Assembly: GCF_009914755.1 (NCBI RefSeq)
Contig: NC_060944.1
DNA from: the human T2T-CHM13v2.0 reference genome, Homo sapiens
Reading direction: 5' to 3' (one strand)
Length of the DNA stretch: 64,000 nucleotides
Position 1 is the first letter of the stretch; every line of letters begins with the position of its first letter. Both the position numbers and the translations under genes were made by a program. Shown here in pieces: positions 1-12,485 of this stretch. The notes under the pieces were generated by a model. The model made no database searches. It saw only the letters and a list, made by a program, of their open reading frames with translations, and had not been told where the DNA came from.

Positions 1-279
1 TCTTGAGACACTTACCCTGCCTCACCTGCTCCTTCTTGCAGGAACCACAGAAAAGGTTTGCCCACATTTCTCCCTCACTCCCTCTATCTCTTGACTGAAA
101 AAGGTGCTTTCTATGTGCCCCCCTGCCCTACCCTTCCCATGGCAAGGTGTGGCTCTCCTTTGAGATATGTGAGTATAACAAACTCTCTTTTAAAAGGCAG
201 TAATCTCCTGATATGTTCGCTTTGTCATACCTAAATAATATTAAATACCTAAATAATATTAAAACCCAATTTTTTAAAA
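1..279 (+). mobile_element. 3' part of an ERVL-class LTR (MER73/MER74-like)
   Basis: Sequence resembles recalled ERVL LTR 3' ends (gaaccacagaaaaggtttgcccac...gtgagtataacaaact...aaaaggcagtaatctcctgat); subfamily uncertain. Confidence 0.45.
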
Positions 280-470
280 AGGAGCTTGGAAGGCAAAGGA
301 CTAGAAAATCAGTAGCAAGGATGTCTGTGGTAGGGAAAGAGGACCAAAATGTGAGGAGACATTTACTGTGAAGACTTGTGTATTACATATTAACACCTGC
401 TGGGAAGCATCTATGATAGATTAGACCCTGACAGCCAAGATGAAAAACTCAACAAGTTGACATTAACCAG

Positions 471-638
471 CTTTCTTTTTTCTTTTTTTCTTTCTTTCTT
501 TCTTTTTTTTTTTTTTTTGCGACAGGGTCTAGCTCTGTCGCCCAGGTTGGAATGCAGAGGTGCGGTCTCCCCTTACTGCAACCTCTGACTTCCAGGCTCA
601 AGCCATCCTCCCACGTCAGCCTCCCAAGTAGCTGGGAT
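471..638 (-). mobile_element. Old Alu fragment (AluJ/FRAM-like right arm)
   Basis: T-rich tail followed by gacagggtctagctctgtcgcccagg...cagcctcccaagtagctggga. Confidence 0.8.
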
Positions 639-694
639 AACTAGCCTTCATCACCATACCTGGAGAAGTAACTGCAACACAAGGTAGAGGACAG

Positions 695-1145
695 TGGTGA
701 GCATGGAAATGCACTGCTTAGATCTCCTGCTGCTTCAGGGTGTGCAACTGATGGATGCCCCCAGCTACTGTCCTCTGCATCTGCCACTATGTCTGTGCAG
801 AAGTCATGGATGCTTCCATCAGGTTACTCCCAGCCAATGACTGAGTGAGGCCCGAACACTAAGGCAGGCTCATTCTGAGACCTGGGCCTCTTCTGATAGG
901 TGACTTCAGTTCAAGCGTTGTCTTTCAGCCTGACTGGCACTTTACCAATGTTGTAATTCATTCTGAGACTCTTCCTCCTTCCTTCTCTCCTCCCTCAGAG
1001 CAGGCAGCCCTGCATCATGGTCTCATGCTCTCCTTGCCACTTTGGCTACCTCCCTTTGTCCCTCACAGGCATTTTCCCTGACACACACTCTTGATTACCT
1101 AATCCTGTCTAGGTATCTGCTTTTCAGAGTGAGTCCTAAACAAAC
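695..1145 (+). mobile_element. LTR16-like ERVL LTR
   Basis: Motifs gaaatgcactgcttagatctcc, cccagccaatgactgag, ccctcacaggcattttccct...tatctgcttttcagag. Confidence 0.55.
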
Positions 1146-2416
1146 CTACTCACCTATAGTTTTGGTTTGAATAGTTCAGGAAATGTTGAAAAAAGGGAGA
1201 AGAAGAGGAAGAAGATGGGAGAAAAGAACATGCTTTTTTTTTCCTTAATAGTTATTACTATCAAGTCAAGATGATTAAATTCCGTTAGAAACATTAAAAA
1301 GATTAAGGTTGCTTTTTAAATGAAAGGACAATATTCATCATATTCTTAAAAGTTTATTCTTTGTAACTATTATGCAATTATGATAAAAATGTTAGATGTC
1401 AACTTAAAGCATGCTAGGGAATAATTGGCTTTTCAAAATTTGTTTATAATAGTTACAAATAAAATTTTGGAAGACTTGTCCAGACTTCTACTACCTTTGT
1501 GGTCCTTAACTAAATGTGAAATATTAATCATATCCTTTTTTCAGATCCTAAGGGAAAAGCCATAAAGGATGGAGAGAGAGACAGGGAGAGAGAGAGGAGA
1601 TCCAGCAGTCTTACAGATTTTTCTGTGGTTTTAAATATACAATGCTTTATCTCTTTGTCTTCTTGTCATATTAACAAGCATTTAACTCTGAAATGACATC
1701 TTGGGCCTGGGAAGATCATGGACAAATTGGAGACCAGTTATCCAAATCAGAGCCTGTAGCACCAGCGTCTCCTCAGGCTTGGCTAAGGAGTTTCCACCTC
1801 GAGAGAGAAGAGAGAATCAGGGATGTAGGAAGGTGAAAAGGTTCAGGGAAGGTTCAGCCTGGCTGGTACTTTGTCAATGCCAGGTGACATGGCATTGCAG
1901 GAGACATGAATTTGTGTCCTGGGGCACTGTGGCAGAAATCCTGCTAAGTACTCTCCTTCACAGAAAACTGAGATATGCTGCCCCAGAATCAGGGACTGGG
2001 GATCAGGGACTCTAGGCAAGCCATCCTAAGGAATAATGAATTTATAATCCCTGACCTTACAATTTAAATATGAAGAGAAAGGTGCTGTGAAAGGTATCGT
2101 GAAAAACTAAAATAATAACAATAAAAATTCAATAACCCTTGAGCAACTTAGAGATTATCTTGTCCAAATGTCCCCTTCATACAGAAGAGAAGGGTGATGC
2201 CCCTTATGTGAAATGGACAGTGCATATCCTGAGCAAGGAGGTCTATTGAGCCACCCGCTTCACTGTTCCGAGGCAGATCTGTGGGCCAACCCAACTTGAA
2301 AGATCTGATCTCAATGATTTCCAGGGGCATGGGCAGTTATCAACTCCTTCTAAGATGAATGCTTCTGCAGGAAGGTTTCAGGCGCAGCCGAGAAGGGCAG
2401 ATCTGGGGCTCCTTAC

Positions 2417-2574
2417 CTCAATCCAAAGTCCACCAAAGCTCTGTACACTGATGTTGACAGTTGAAGAAGCAATACTTCTCGATCCCCAGGCAGGCTTTAT
2501 AGTGCAGCACACAGGTAAGAGGGTGAAAGGGCAGGATAGAGTAAACTCTGGGCAATATCCAGGTTTCGGTGCAG
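2417..2574 (-). pseudogene. Wfdc15-like WAP-domain pseudogene, exon 2
   Basis: Acceptor tctttctccag| at 2575; reads (T)APKPGYCPEFTLSCPFTLLPVC, 1-nt frameshift near 2505, then HYKACLGIEKYCFFNCQHQCTELWWTLD*; ends TGA G|gtaagg like PI3 exon 2; resembles rodent Wfdc15 (KPGYCPE...CPF...KCCFF.C...C) as recalled. Confidence 0.85.
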
Positions 2575-2712
2575 CTGGAGAAAGATGCCACAGGGTGAGT
2601 CGAGGGCAACCATAAGTCACTTCCAGGTATCAGGGCCAGCTCGTTCCACGGATTCCTCAGAGGAAATGTTCCCTAACCCCACCCACACCCAGGATTGTCA
2701 CGCCTTACTCAC

Positions 2713-2797
2713 TCACACTCTTCAGGATTCCAGGCTGAACCATGCGGAGGCCAAAGAGGACGGTCACAGAGAGTAGAGAGAGGCTGCTCAGCTTCTT
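2713..2797 (-). pseudogene. Wfdc15-like pseudogene, exon 1 (signal peptide, start codon lost)
   Basis: accAAGaag in place of accATGaag; reads [K]KLSSLSLLSVTVLFGLRMVQPGILKSV, then phase-1 donor A|gtgagt at 2712, in frame with exon 2. Confidence 0.8.
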
Positions 2798-3623
2798 GGT
2801 GCAAGAAAAGGGCGTGGGTGCACCTGGAGGCTGGACGAGTCTATGTCAGTTCTGGCGGGGCTCCACCAGCAGGCGGCGCTGTGGCTCTGGGGGCTGGAGG
2901 TCAGAGGTGCCTCAACTTGACCCGGAACCATCAGCTGTTTCCTTTCACCTCCAGGAAGAGATAACGTGAAACCATTTGTGCGGTATAATTTATGAGAGCC
3001 CTCGTGGACTGCCTTTCTTCAGGGTGTTGCAGGGCTGCCCTGGCTCTTCCTTATTCTGACTTTATCCAGCGGCTTTTGAGGCAATAGGAGGGCATTGTCT
3101 TTCCCCAGGCTTGTATCAGGTCTGACCAACTCCCCTCGTCCCAGTGTGTATCCAGAACAATTGAAACCCACCCCTCCCAGCGGTGTTCACATATGGGTGC
3201 GTTTGGGGTACCACATCGAAGTTGAAACACACACAAAGCTAGATATTGTGCTATCAGTAAGATAATTTCTAGATTCATAGAAAATATAAATGCATTATGA
3301 ACTACAGAGAAATAAGTTTCAGTTGCGTTATTAGTGTTTGCTCCTTTAACTCCTGTCTTTATGTTGCCATGACTCTGCAAAAACTTTATTTGTTGATAAA
3401 ATTAAAAGTCTAACTAGGTTATTTTGTAATGTGACCCCTAGGCTAAATAACCGTTCTGCCTCTCTGCACTCCTGTAAAAGTGTGTGATGTACCTACTCAC
3501 TTGGTGGCTGAGAACATAGCTATCAGTAATGGTGAGAAATGGGTTATGAGTGCACACAGGAAAATTGGTACCTGATGTGGAAGGTAGAGAAATACTGAGG
3601 AAAAAGCTCTCTGAAGCAGGTGT

Positions 3624-3643
3624 TCTATCTATCTATCTATCTG

Positions 3644-3685
<42 letters not shown>

Positions 3686-3717
3686 ATCTGTCTATCATCA
3701 ACATCATCATCATCATC
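3624..3717. repeat. Compound microsatellite [TCTA]4 TCTG [TCTA]10 TCA TCTG TCTA followed by (ATC)n
   Basis: Read directly from the sequence. Confidence 0.95.
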
Positions 3718-3769
3718 CTTTCCTCTCTTTCTAGTGCAATCTGTGGTTACCTCCTAGCTGTGTGTCTTT

Positions 3770-6425
3770 TTGCTGTTTTATGACACAAAGCTGGAAAGTT
3801 GATATATCTTTGAGGTAGGACAGTAAAGGTATATTGCTGGCCTTGCCAGCTGAAGGCAAATTGCTTCTGGTGGGCCTTATGGACAGGAATGGAGGAAAAG
3901 GCATTTGCCAAGTCAATGGCTGTACACCAGGTACCAGGAAATGTGTTAATTTGCTCAAGCAATGAAACCATATCTGGTACAGCAGCTGCAATTGGCGTCA
4001 CCACTTGGTTAAGCTTATGATAATCCACTGTCAGTCTTTAAGATCCATCTGTGTTCTGCCCAGGCCAAGTGGGAGAGTTGATCGGGGACGTAGAGGGAAT
4101 CACCACTCTTGGGTCTTTCAAGTCCTTGAAAGTGGCGCTAATCTCGGTAATCCCTCCAGGGATGTGGTATTGTTTTTGATTTACCATTTTCCTAGGTAGA
4201 GGTAGCTCTAATGGCTTCCACTGGCCTTTCCCACCATAATAGCCCTCACCCTACCAGTCAGGGAGCCAATGTGGGGGTTCTGCCAGCTGTTAAGTATGGC
4301 TATGCCAATTACGCATTCTGGCACTGGGGAAATGACCACAGGATGAGTCCAGGGGCCCACTGGACCCACTATAAGTTGGACCTGAGCCAAAACTCCGTTA
4401 ATTACCTGATCTCCATAAGCCCTTACTTTTGGTCCTGGAGGACCACAATGATGTTTTGGGTCCCCTGGAATCAACGTCAGCTCAGAGCCAGTGTCCAGTA
4501 GTCCCTGAAATGTCTGATCATTTCCCTTTCCCCAGTACACAGTTCCCCTGGTAAAAAGCCAGAGGTCTCCTTGGGAAAGGATGGGAAAAAGATTCACTGC
4601 ATAAATTGGTCATAGGGTAGTGGGGTCTTTCCTCAAGGGGCCCTGGCCTCCCCTTCATTCAAGGGGTTCTGGGTCTGTAAACTGGTTCAAGTCTGGAAAT
4701 TGATTGAGGGGCCATGATTCTCTGCTTTTATAATTCAAATTAGTCTTTTGTCCATTCGACCTAGAAGTTTTATGCTTGTATAAATTAAATAGGAATGCAG
4801 TAGGCCTCCTATCAATTTCACTTTTTAGGAACACTAGGATTAATTAGCCAGTGCCAGAGCTCTACATGAGTCAGACTGATTGCTGCTTTGCCTCTGCTTT
4901 CCATTATGGTAGCTACACCCACCTTGCCTTTGACAGTTGAGTGCTGCCACTTGGCTCCTGCCACCTCGGGCTTCAGTTATTCCCATTGTATTTAAGTTTT
5001 GTAGTTAAGTGACTGCGGTTCCCACTGTTAGATCTGACATACAGAAAAGAGCAAATACAGGGCTCTTCAAAGATGAGGGTGCTGACCTCACAAATCGATT
5101 TCACAAGGCATTGGTCAAGGGTGTATCTTCTGGACCCTCCCAGCTGGGATGAGTAGGTCTAAAGTGACTAATTCGCTCCAGCATCCCAATCTCCCTAAGC
5201 CTTTGGATCCCTTCCTCTACATTAAGCCAAGGGAGATCAGGCATTTCCAGCTCATTCACAGTGGGCCATCTTTTAATCCATATTTCAGCTAAACAAGCAA
5301 ATAAACTATTAGAACCTTTTAAAACTCCCTGAGCTGCAACATTAAATGCAGAGTCCCTACTTAGTGGGCCTAAATAAAGAAATTCAGCCTGATCCAACTC
5401 TATGTTCCTTCCACCATTATCCCACACCCCTAATATCCATGTCCATGCCTGTTCTCCAGATTTCTGCTTATATAAATGAGAAAACTCAAGCAATTCTTTT
5501 TGAGTGTAGTGCATCTCCTCATGGGTCACACTCTCAACCTCACCTCTAGGGGCCTGCTGGGACTTTAGTCTACTTATAGTTCTAGAAGCAAACAGGGGTG
5601 TTGGGGGTGGCTCCTGAGGAGAATCAACATTATCTTGCCTGGCAACTGCCTCAGGGGAGGCCATCACTGTTGTCTCAGGCAGCACAGGGTTTATCTCCCC
5701 AGACAAAGGTGGAAAGGCTGATGGCAGCACAGGTCAGCGAGGTGATGTTGCCACTACTGGGGATGAGGAAGCTGTTTCTTCTGGCAAAAAAAGGTTCATC
5801 AGAGTTTACAAACTCAGTGTCCTCAGCTTCATCAGGGTCCTCCCACATGTCCCCATTCCAAGTTGCAGGGTCCCATTCTTTTCCAATCAATGACACCTGG
5901 CGAGGCTGTGCATGCACCTTTTGTTGCAGGTCAGCCACTCACATGATAAGAGCTTGTGTCTGTTTTTCCACAATTTCAGCTCTTTCTCTAAAGGAGATAA
6001 GACTCTCAGTCAGGGCAATCTTAGCAGATTTGAGACTCAGTATCTGCTTCTGAAGCTGGGAGATAGAATCCCTGAGTTCATCATTTTCTTTCATCACTTC
6101 GTCCACTGAACTTAGGAGCAACCAACCAGCTTCATTATGTTCCTTGGTTCTCCACATATGGTCAAAGGTATTATGTATAGAGTCACTAAACTCCTTGCCT
6201 CTCACAAGCAGTGAATCAGGAGTGTCAAATGTGCTTATTTTGCATAACTCTCTAAACAGTTAATGCCAAGGACTATCAGTGTTCTCCATACTACTATTAG
6301 AACTAGAGTCCTTAGAATTTTTTGTTCTAATCATATTAAGCAGCAAACTCCAGAAACCCCAAACCAATGAAAGAACTCCATTTTTAATATTCTGTTCCTC
6401 TAGAACCACTCTTGGTACCAAAATC
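3770..6425 (-). mobile_element. HERV-L internal region (gag, protease, 5' RT), truncated within RT
   Basis: ORFs 5939-6205, 5675-5938 and 5101-5730 are HERV-L gag-like; 4208-4597 has aspartic protease motif LLDTGSELTLI; 3747-4028 has RT motifs AIDLANAF and YTFTVLPQ; multiple stops and frameshifts. Confidence 0.92.
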
Positions 6426-6875
6426 TGTATTAGTCAGGGTTCTCTAGAGGGACATACCTAATAGGAGGTATGTATATATATATATATATGGAGTAACTCA
6501 CATGATTGCAAGGTCCCACAATAGGCCATCTGCGAGCTAAGGAGCAAGGAGAGCCAGTCCAAGTCCCAAAACTAAAGAACTTGGAGTCTGATGTTCAAAG
6601 GCAGGAAGCATCCAGCATGGGAGAAAGATGTAGGCTGGGAGACTAGGCCAGTCTAGTCTTTTCACATTTTTCTGCCTGCTTTATATTACAGCCACACAGG
6701 CAGCTGATTAGTTGGTGCCCACCCAGATTAAGGGTGGGTCTGCCTTTCCTAGCCCACTGACTCAAATGTTAATCAAATGTTAATCTCCTTTGGCAACACC
6801 CTCAAAGACACACCCAGGATCAATACTTTGCATCCTTCAATCCAATCAAGTTGACACTATGTATTAACCATCACA
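6426..6875 (-). mobile_element. MLT2A-type 5' LTR of the HERV-L
   Basis: Termini tgtattagtcagggttctctagagg ... ttaaccatcaca; adjoins HERV-L leader gattttggtaccaagagtgg. Confidence 0.9.
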
Positions 6876-7978
6876 GTAGTTTCATAGAAATAGCATTGAA
6901 TCTGTAAATTGCTTTGGGCATTATGGCCATTTTAACAATATTGATTCTTTCTTTCCATGAGTATGAAATGTTTTTCCATCTGTTTGTGTAAACTCTGATT
7001 TCGTTCAGCAGTGTTTTGTCATAATTGTAGTAGAGATGTTTTACCTTTCTGGTTAGTTGTATTCCTAGGTATTTTATTTTATTTTTGTGGCAATTGTGAA
7101 TGGGATTGCATTCTTAGTTTGGCACTCAGGTTGGACATTGTTGGCGTACAGAAATGCTACTTACTTTTGTACATTGATTTTGTATATCATACAGGAGCTA
7201 GGGCCTGCCACAGGGGCCTCACAGTTCTGCCTGGTGCCCTATACTACTGTGGCTGAGCTGGCACCCAAGTTGCAAGACAAAGTCCTCTTAACTCGTCCCT
7301 CTCCTCTTGTCAAGCAGAAGAAAGGGATCTCTTTCAGAGCTGTGTGCTGCACTGCCTGGGGTTGAGGGAGGGTGATGCAAGCACTCCTTCAGCTGCCCAG
7401 GCTGGTGCCTCACTAGGTCGCATGCACCCCATGTCCACTGGCCTCTGAGCCCAGCACAGCACTAGGATTTGTCCAGGAGTTGTAGTCCTTGTGGCCTAGA
7501 CGGCCTTTCAAGTTTATTTAGTAGCCCATAGCACTTTAGCCTGCAGTGGCGAGGCTTGCCAAAACTCAAGTTCCAACTGCTGGAATGGGTGATTGTCCTC
7601 TGGCTAAGGGTCATCTAAATGCGCCCTCCGTGGGCATCGGCTGAGTTATTTCTGGTGTTGACAGCACTGAGTTCCAATGCAGAGTCCCACAAGCACTGAG
7701 CTCTCCCTCTCCCAGTGCACGTATTTTCTCTCTGTGCCATGCAGCCTCTGCCGGGGGATGAGGAGGGGGTTGGCGTCAGCAATTCAAGACTCTTTCATAT
7801 CCTCTACAGTGTCTCTTTCAGCGATATGAAGTTAGATCCAGGTATTGAGATTACTCACCTGATTTTCTGTTTTTTATGAAGGTATTCTTTTTGTGTAAGT
7901 AGTTGTTATATTTGGTGTTCCTATAGGGGGGATGATCCATGGAGGCTTCTATTTGGCTGCCTTTCTCTGTCTCCAACC
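6876..7978 (-). mobile_element. L1 remnant: 5'UTR (~7185-7978) joined directly to an ORF2 fragment (6876-~7185)
   Basis: Antisense ORF2 text (gcattgaatctgtaaattgctttggg) abuts L1PB/L1MA-type 5'UTR motifs. Confidence 0.7.
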
Positions 7979-10114
7979 TTCTGTTTGTTTTCGTTTTTAA
8001 AAACATATAAACAGTTTGTGCTCAATTATAAATTTTCCCCTGATCCATGGAATGTATTCACTTAATTATTTGTTTGGGTATGTGAAACTTCCAACATGGT
8101 TCCAGAGTCAGGTCTATGCATAAAGGTATATTCAGAGAAGAATCAGGTATCCATCTCCATTCTCTCTCTACTTTCTACACCATTCCTGACAACACCCTGT
8201 AGGTGATCACTCTCATGGTCTCTTGGTTTTTTCCTTTGTGTGTTTCTTTTTTCCTGCATTGAGTAGAAAAATGAATATTTTCTTCTTTTGCTTTATTTAT
8301 TAAAGACACTTTCACTTTATAATGTATCTAGAAATCATACCTCAGTTTATAGCCATCTTCACCATTCCTCTGAACAGCTGCATAATACTTTGTTGTATAG
8401 ATGTACTATTAACACCATTTACTCAATGACTCTCCACTGTATAGGCGTGTGGGCTGTTTTCAATACTTTGCAGTTACAAACAATGCTGCAATTAATACAT
8501 TTACTTTAATTTTCCCCATTGGGGCTTGGATTGTCTTATTGGTCTGGCATTCTTACTGTAACTCTTTCAACCAGGGACAACCTAAGCTGATCGGTGAATA
8601 TCTTTTGTGAAAGACCTCTGTATCCTCCTGTCTTGGTTGACAACCTGTGGAAAGAAAAATGATTTGAAATCATCACAGATCTTTTCAATTCCAAGCTCTG
8701 TTCTGGACTCCAAAATAATTTTCCCATCTGTATGAGGAGGGCAGTTTTCTAGGATATGTCAGCAGGGATTTCATTCTAAATTCAATGGGAGGTTGTGGCT
8801 CAGGGCATCTGTTACAAGCTGGAAAGAACCTGGAGCCTATCTGGCCCCTAGGCACTCTGCAATCCTGGGGTCAGATACACATGGCTGGCTAGAACAGAGT
8901 CTGCAAGTGGCTCCAGTGTGCCTGAGGTCATCAGTGATGCTCACTGCTCTACCCCTGAAATGTACCCAGAGCCTGGAGAGACGCTATCTGGGCTCCTTAT
9001 CACAGAAAAACTTTGTAGTGCTGAGGTCTCTAGGTCTTCAGTGGAGGAGGGTGGTGTCAGTTGAGTTGTGCCTAAAACCACACTTTCTGACTTCTCTACT
9101 TACAAGTCACACTGAACATCGCAGCTGCCTTTTCTGGGTAATCTCTAACATTTTTTTTAAAAATGGAAACCTTTATCTTTGTTTCCTTTTTTTCATTTCT
9201 CCCCAACAAAGAAGCCAAGGTTGCCCGAATGGGGCCATCAGTCTCCGTACAATCAAGAAGTAACACAGTCAGGATTGCTCAGAGGGCCCCACGAATCTCA
9301 AATCCCTTATTTTTCTGTTGTTTTTTTTTCCCCCAGAAGGTAATTTCAGCTTTAGAAATGGACAGAGACTGTCCAAAATCCTATATCAGGTTGGTAGCAC
9401 AGATGGGGCTACAACAAAATCTGTGGAAGGAAAACACAAAGTTTTTCTTTCCCTGGGACCCAAGATGTAATGAAGGTGGCTATTGTAAACAAGTTTCATT
9501 CTTGGCTTCTAAGTGTAATAATTTCATTCCTATTTTGGGGAAATTAACTACCATATAAGCCCTGGAAGCCAGAGGCTGTGCCACTTTTTATAACAGAGCG
9601 GGAAAATCTGGATGCTTGTTTTCTCTGCCTCCACTGAGAGACAACCTCATATGAGCACATGCTGGGTTAATGTCATATGATGCACAAACTCTAAACTGGA
9701 CTTGGGAGCTAATGATAATAGGATGTGAACATTTATTCCTGGGACATTTATAGCAATGGCAGCTGTATTTGACTTTTCAGAAGAGAAATGGAAATGATGG
9801 TAGAGACATTGGCTGTGAGACATGTAACCTCCACCTGCTTTCAGGTATCACCAGTGAGCTCCACTAAGGCCAGTATCTGGCTGATTTTGACTGTGATTCT
9901 GCATTCATAGCCTTGCTTGCTTTTGCCTTTTCTTATAACTTGGGTTTATAGGTTCCCTAATGGTTTTGTGATCCATTTAATTTTAACTGAGCCAAGACTG
10001 ACTTCTTTGTAATTAAGAAGTGAATGACTGGGTGACTCTTGTTAGGGAATAGATGTGTGGAGAGCTCCATGAATTACTCTAAACCAACAATCACAGCTGG
10101 TGAAAGTTATTTAA

Positions 10115-10300
10115 AAAATTTTTTAAGATTTTATTTTTATTGTACACATTTAAGGTATACAACATGATGTTTTGATATACATATACATAGTTAATTACTA
10201 TAGTCAAGCCAATTAACATATTCATCATCCCACATAGTTTTCTTGTTTTGGGAAGACCACATAAAATCTACTCTCTTACCGAATTTCCAGTAGACAATAC
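10115..10300 (-). mobile_element. L1MA-type 3' end fragment (shared with right arm 56625-56820)
   Basis: ttaaggtatacaacatgatgttttgatatac...tagtcaagccaattaac motif. Confidence 0.7.
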
Positions 10301-12060
10301 TAATAATCAAGTAACCCAGTGACTTCTGCTCTGCAATAGCAGTGTGAGGAGCTCTGTGGAGATACTCTTTAACCAAACAACCATCTGGGAATTGTTCTAC
10401 ATGCATACATTTATTTTTAAAACTCTACTAAACCTTGAAAGAACACAGAGTGCCCGTGCCATTTGAGCCATAACCCACTATGTACTTTCTACCTCCCAGC
10501 TCAGCATGAGGGAAGCTGCACTTGGGGCATGTATAGCCAAGAACAGGGAAAATCCCTTTTCTCCCACCTCCCTGTCAAAGATTATGATGTCTCTCTAAGA
10601 AGAAAAGGCTGCAGGCATCACCTAACCTCCCTCCCAGGTGATGTTGTAGAGGTTGTATTGCAGGTGTGTGTGACCAAGAGGTATGAGGCTCCATTCTTCC
10701 ACCCAACACCACTTGTATTGTAGAGGGTGTACCCCAGGCATTGGAGGTAAAGAATATTGTGACCCCATACCCCCTGGCACAGCTAATTAGTAGGGTAGAG
10801 TTTTCAAGTTAGGGAATGCATGCCAACAACATCAGAGGCTACTGCTTATGCCCAGAACCATGTTGGTAAAACAAGGCTGCCACCCTGAGAGAAGTGGGCC
10901 ACTATTTCCAAAAAAAGCTCCATAGAAAAAGCTCACTGATTTTCCAATGGTGAAACCTAAGCTATAAGAACAGAGGGCTCCAAAGTCCTCCCAAAGAAAC
11001 TGACTATTATCTTGGAACAGAGTGTGAGGAATGTCTAGACTAATAGTGTTCTTGAAAACAATGGGAATTTTAGTGGTAAACCATGAAGAGGAGGTTGGCA
11101 GCTCCATGGCAGAAAATCTAATGATTAAGGAAACTGAACATACCACCTGATAAAGTAGCATTTGAGAATTTCCAGAAATATATTGAGGGTAAATTGTCAT
11201 GAAAAAGGGAGTTACCCATGACACATTTTAATGCTACCAATTTTGTCATAATAACATGTCAACGTAATTAGAACATATGGTATTAATGAAGGAAGTACAC
11301 ACACATATCAGTGGAAAAAAAAGAAACTTGGTGCCTTCGAAAATCTAGCAGACAATAAAGGCAGAATCCTGCATTATCCAAGAAATGTTAGATAAGTCAG
11401 TAAATGATATTAAGACAGATTACCAGCAATTCAGGGGAAATACTGGATTTGTATCTTACACGTTATCTCAAAGTATGTTTCAGATGGTCAAGAATTTAAA
11501 TATAAAGATTGAACTATAAAAGTATTCAAAGAACACGAGTGGAGTTTTGTAAAATGTTGATATGGGAATGACTTTCTGGAGCAAATTGGTATTGTTAACC
11601 ATATGCAAATAAAAAAATTTTGTTGGGAAAAATCTAACATATTGTAATATAAGCAATTAGAAATTCAAAAATATGAGTACATTCGTGGTGGGAATAAATA
11701 TAATCTATATTACATTGAAAGAACGTTTATAACATAAAAGAAAACAGATGATCCAATAGAAAAATGAGCATGAACCACATATATATGATTTATGGGAAAA
11801 GTAATGTAAGTAGATAACAGATGTATGAAAATAAATACAACTTCAACCAAAATTAAATAAATGTTATTTAAAACAAACACACAAGTTATTTTTTTGTTCC
11901 TATGGGATGGTCTTTTTACTACTGATTTTGGGCAAATTTCATTTGCCAGTAGTCTGCGTCTCAGTTATTGTGAAATGAATACCTTGATCGCTTAAGACCT
12001 TTCTTACTATGAGAAAGACTTCAGGGATCTAAGCTAAGGTCTCTGCCAGGGGAAGCGTGA

Positions 12061-12485
<425 letters not shown>

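Noticed and set aside
2417-2797. Assignment as WFDC12, the known neighbour of PI3
   Set aside because: Sequence does not match WFDC12 (MGSSSFLVLM...KAGVCPAD); it fits Wfdc15-type
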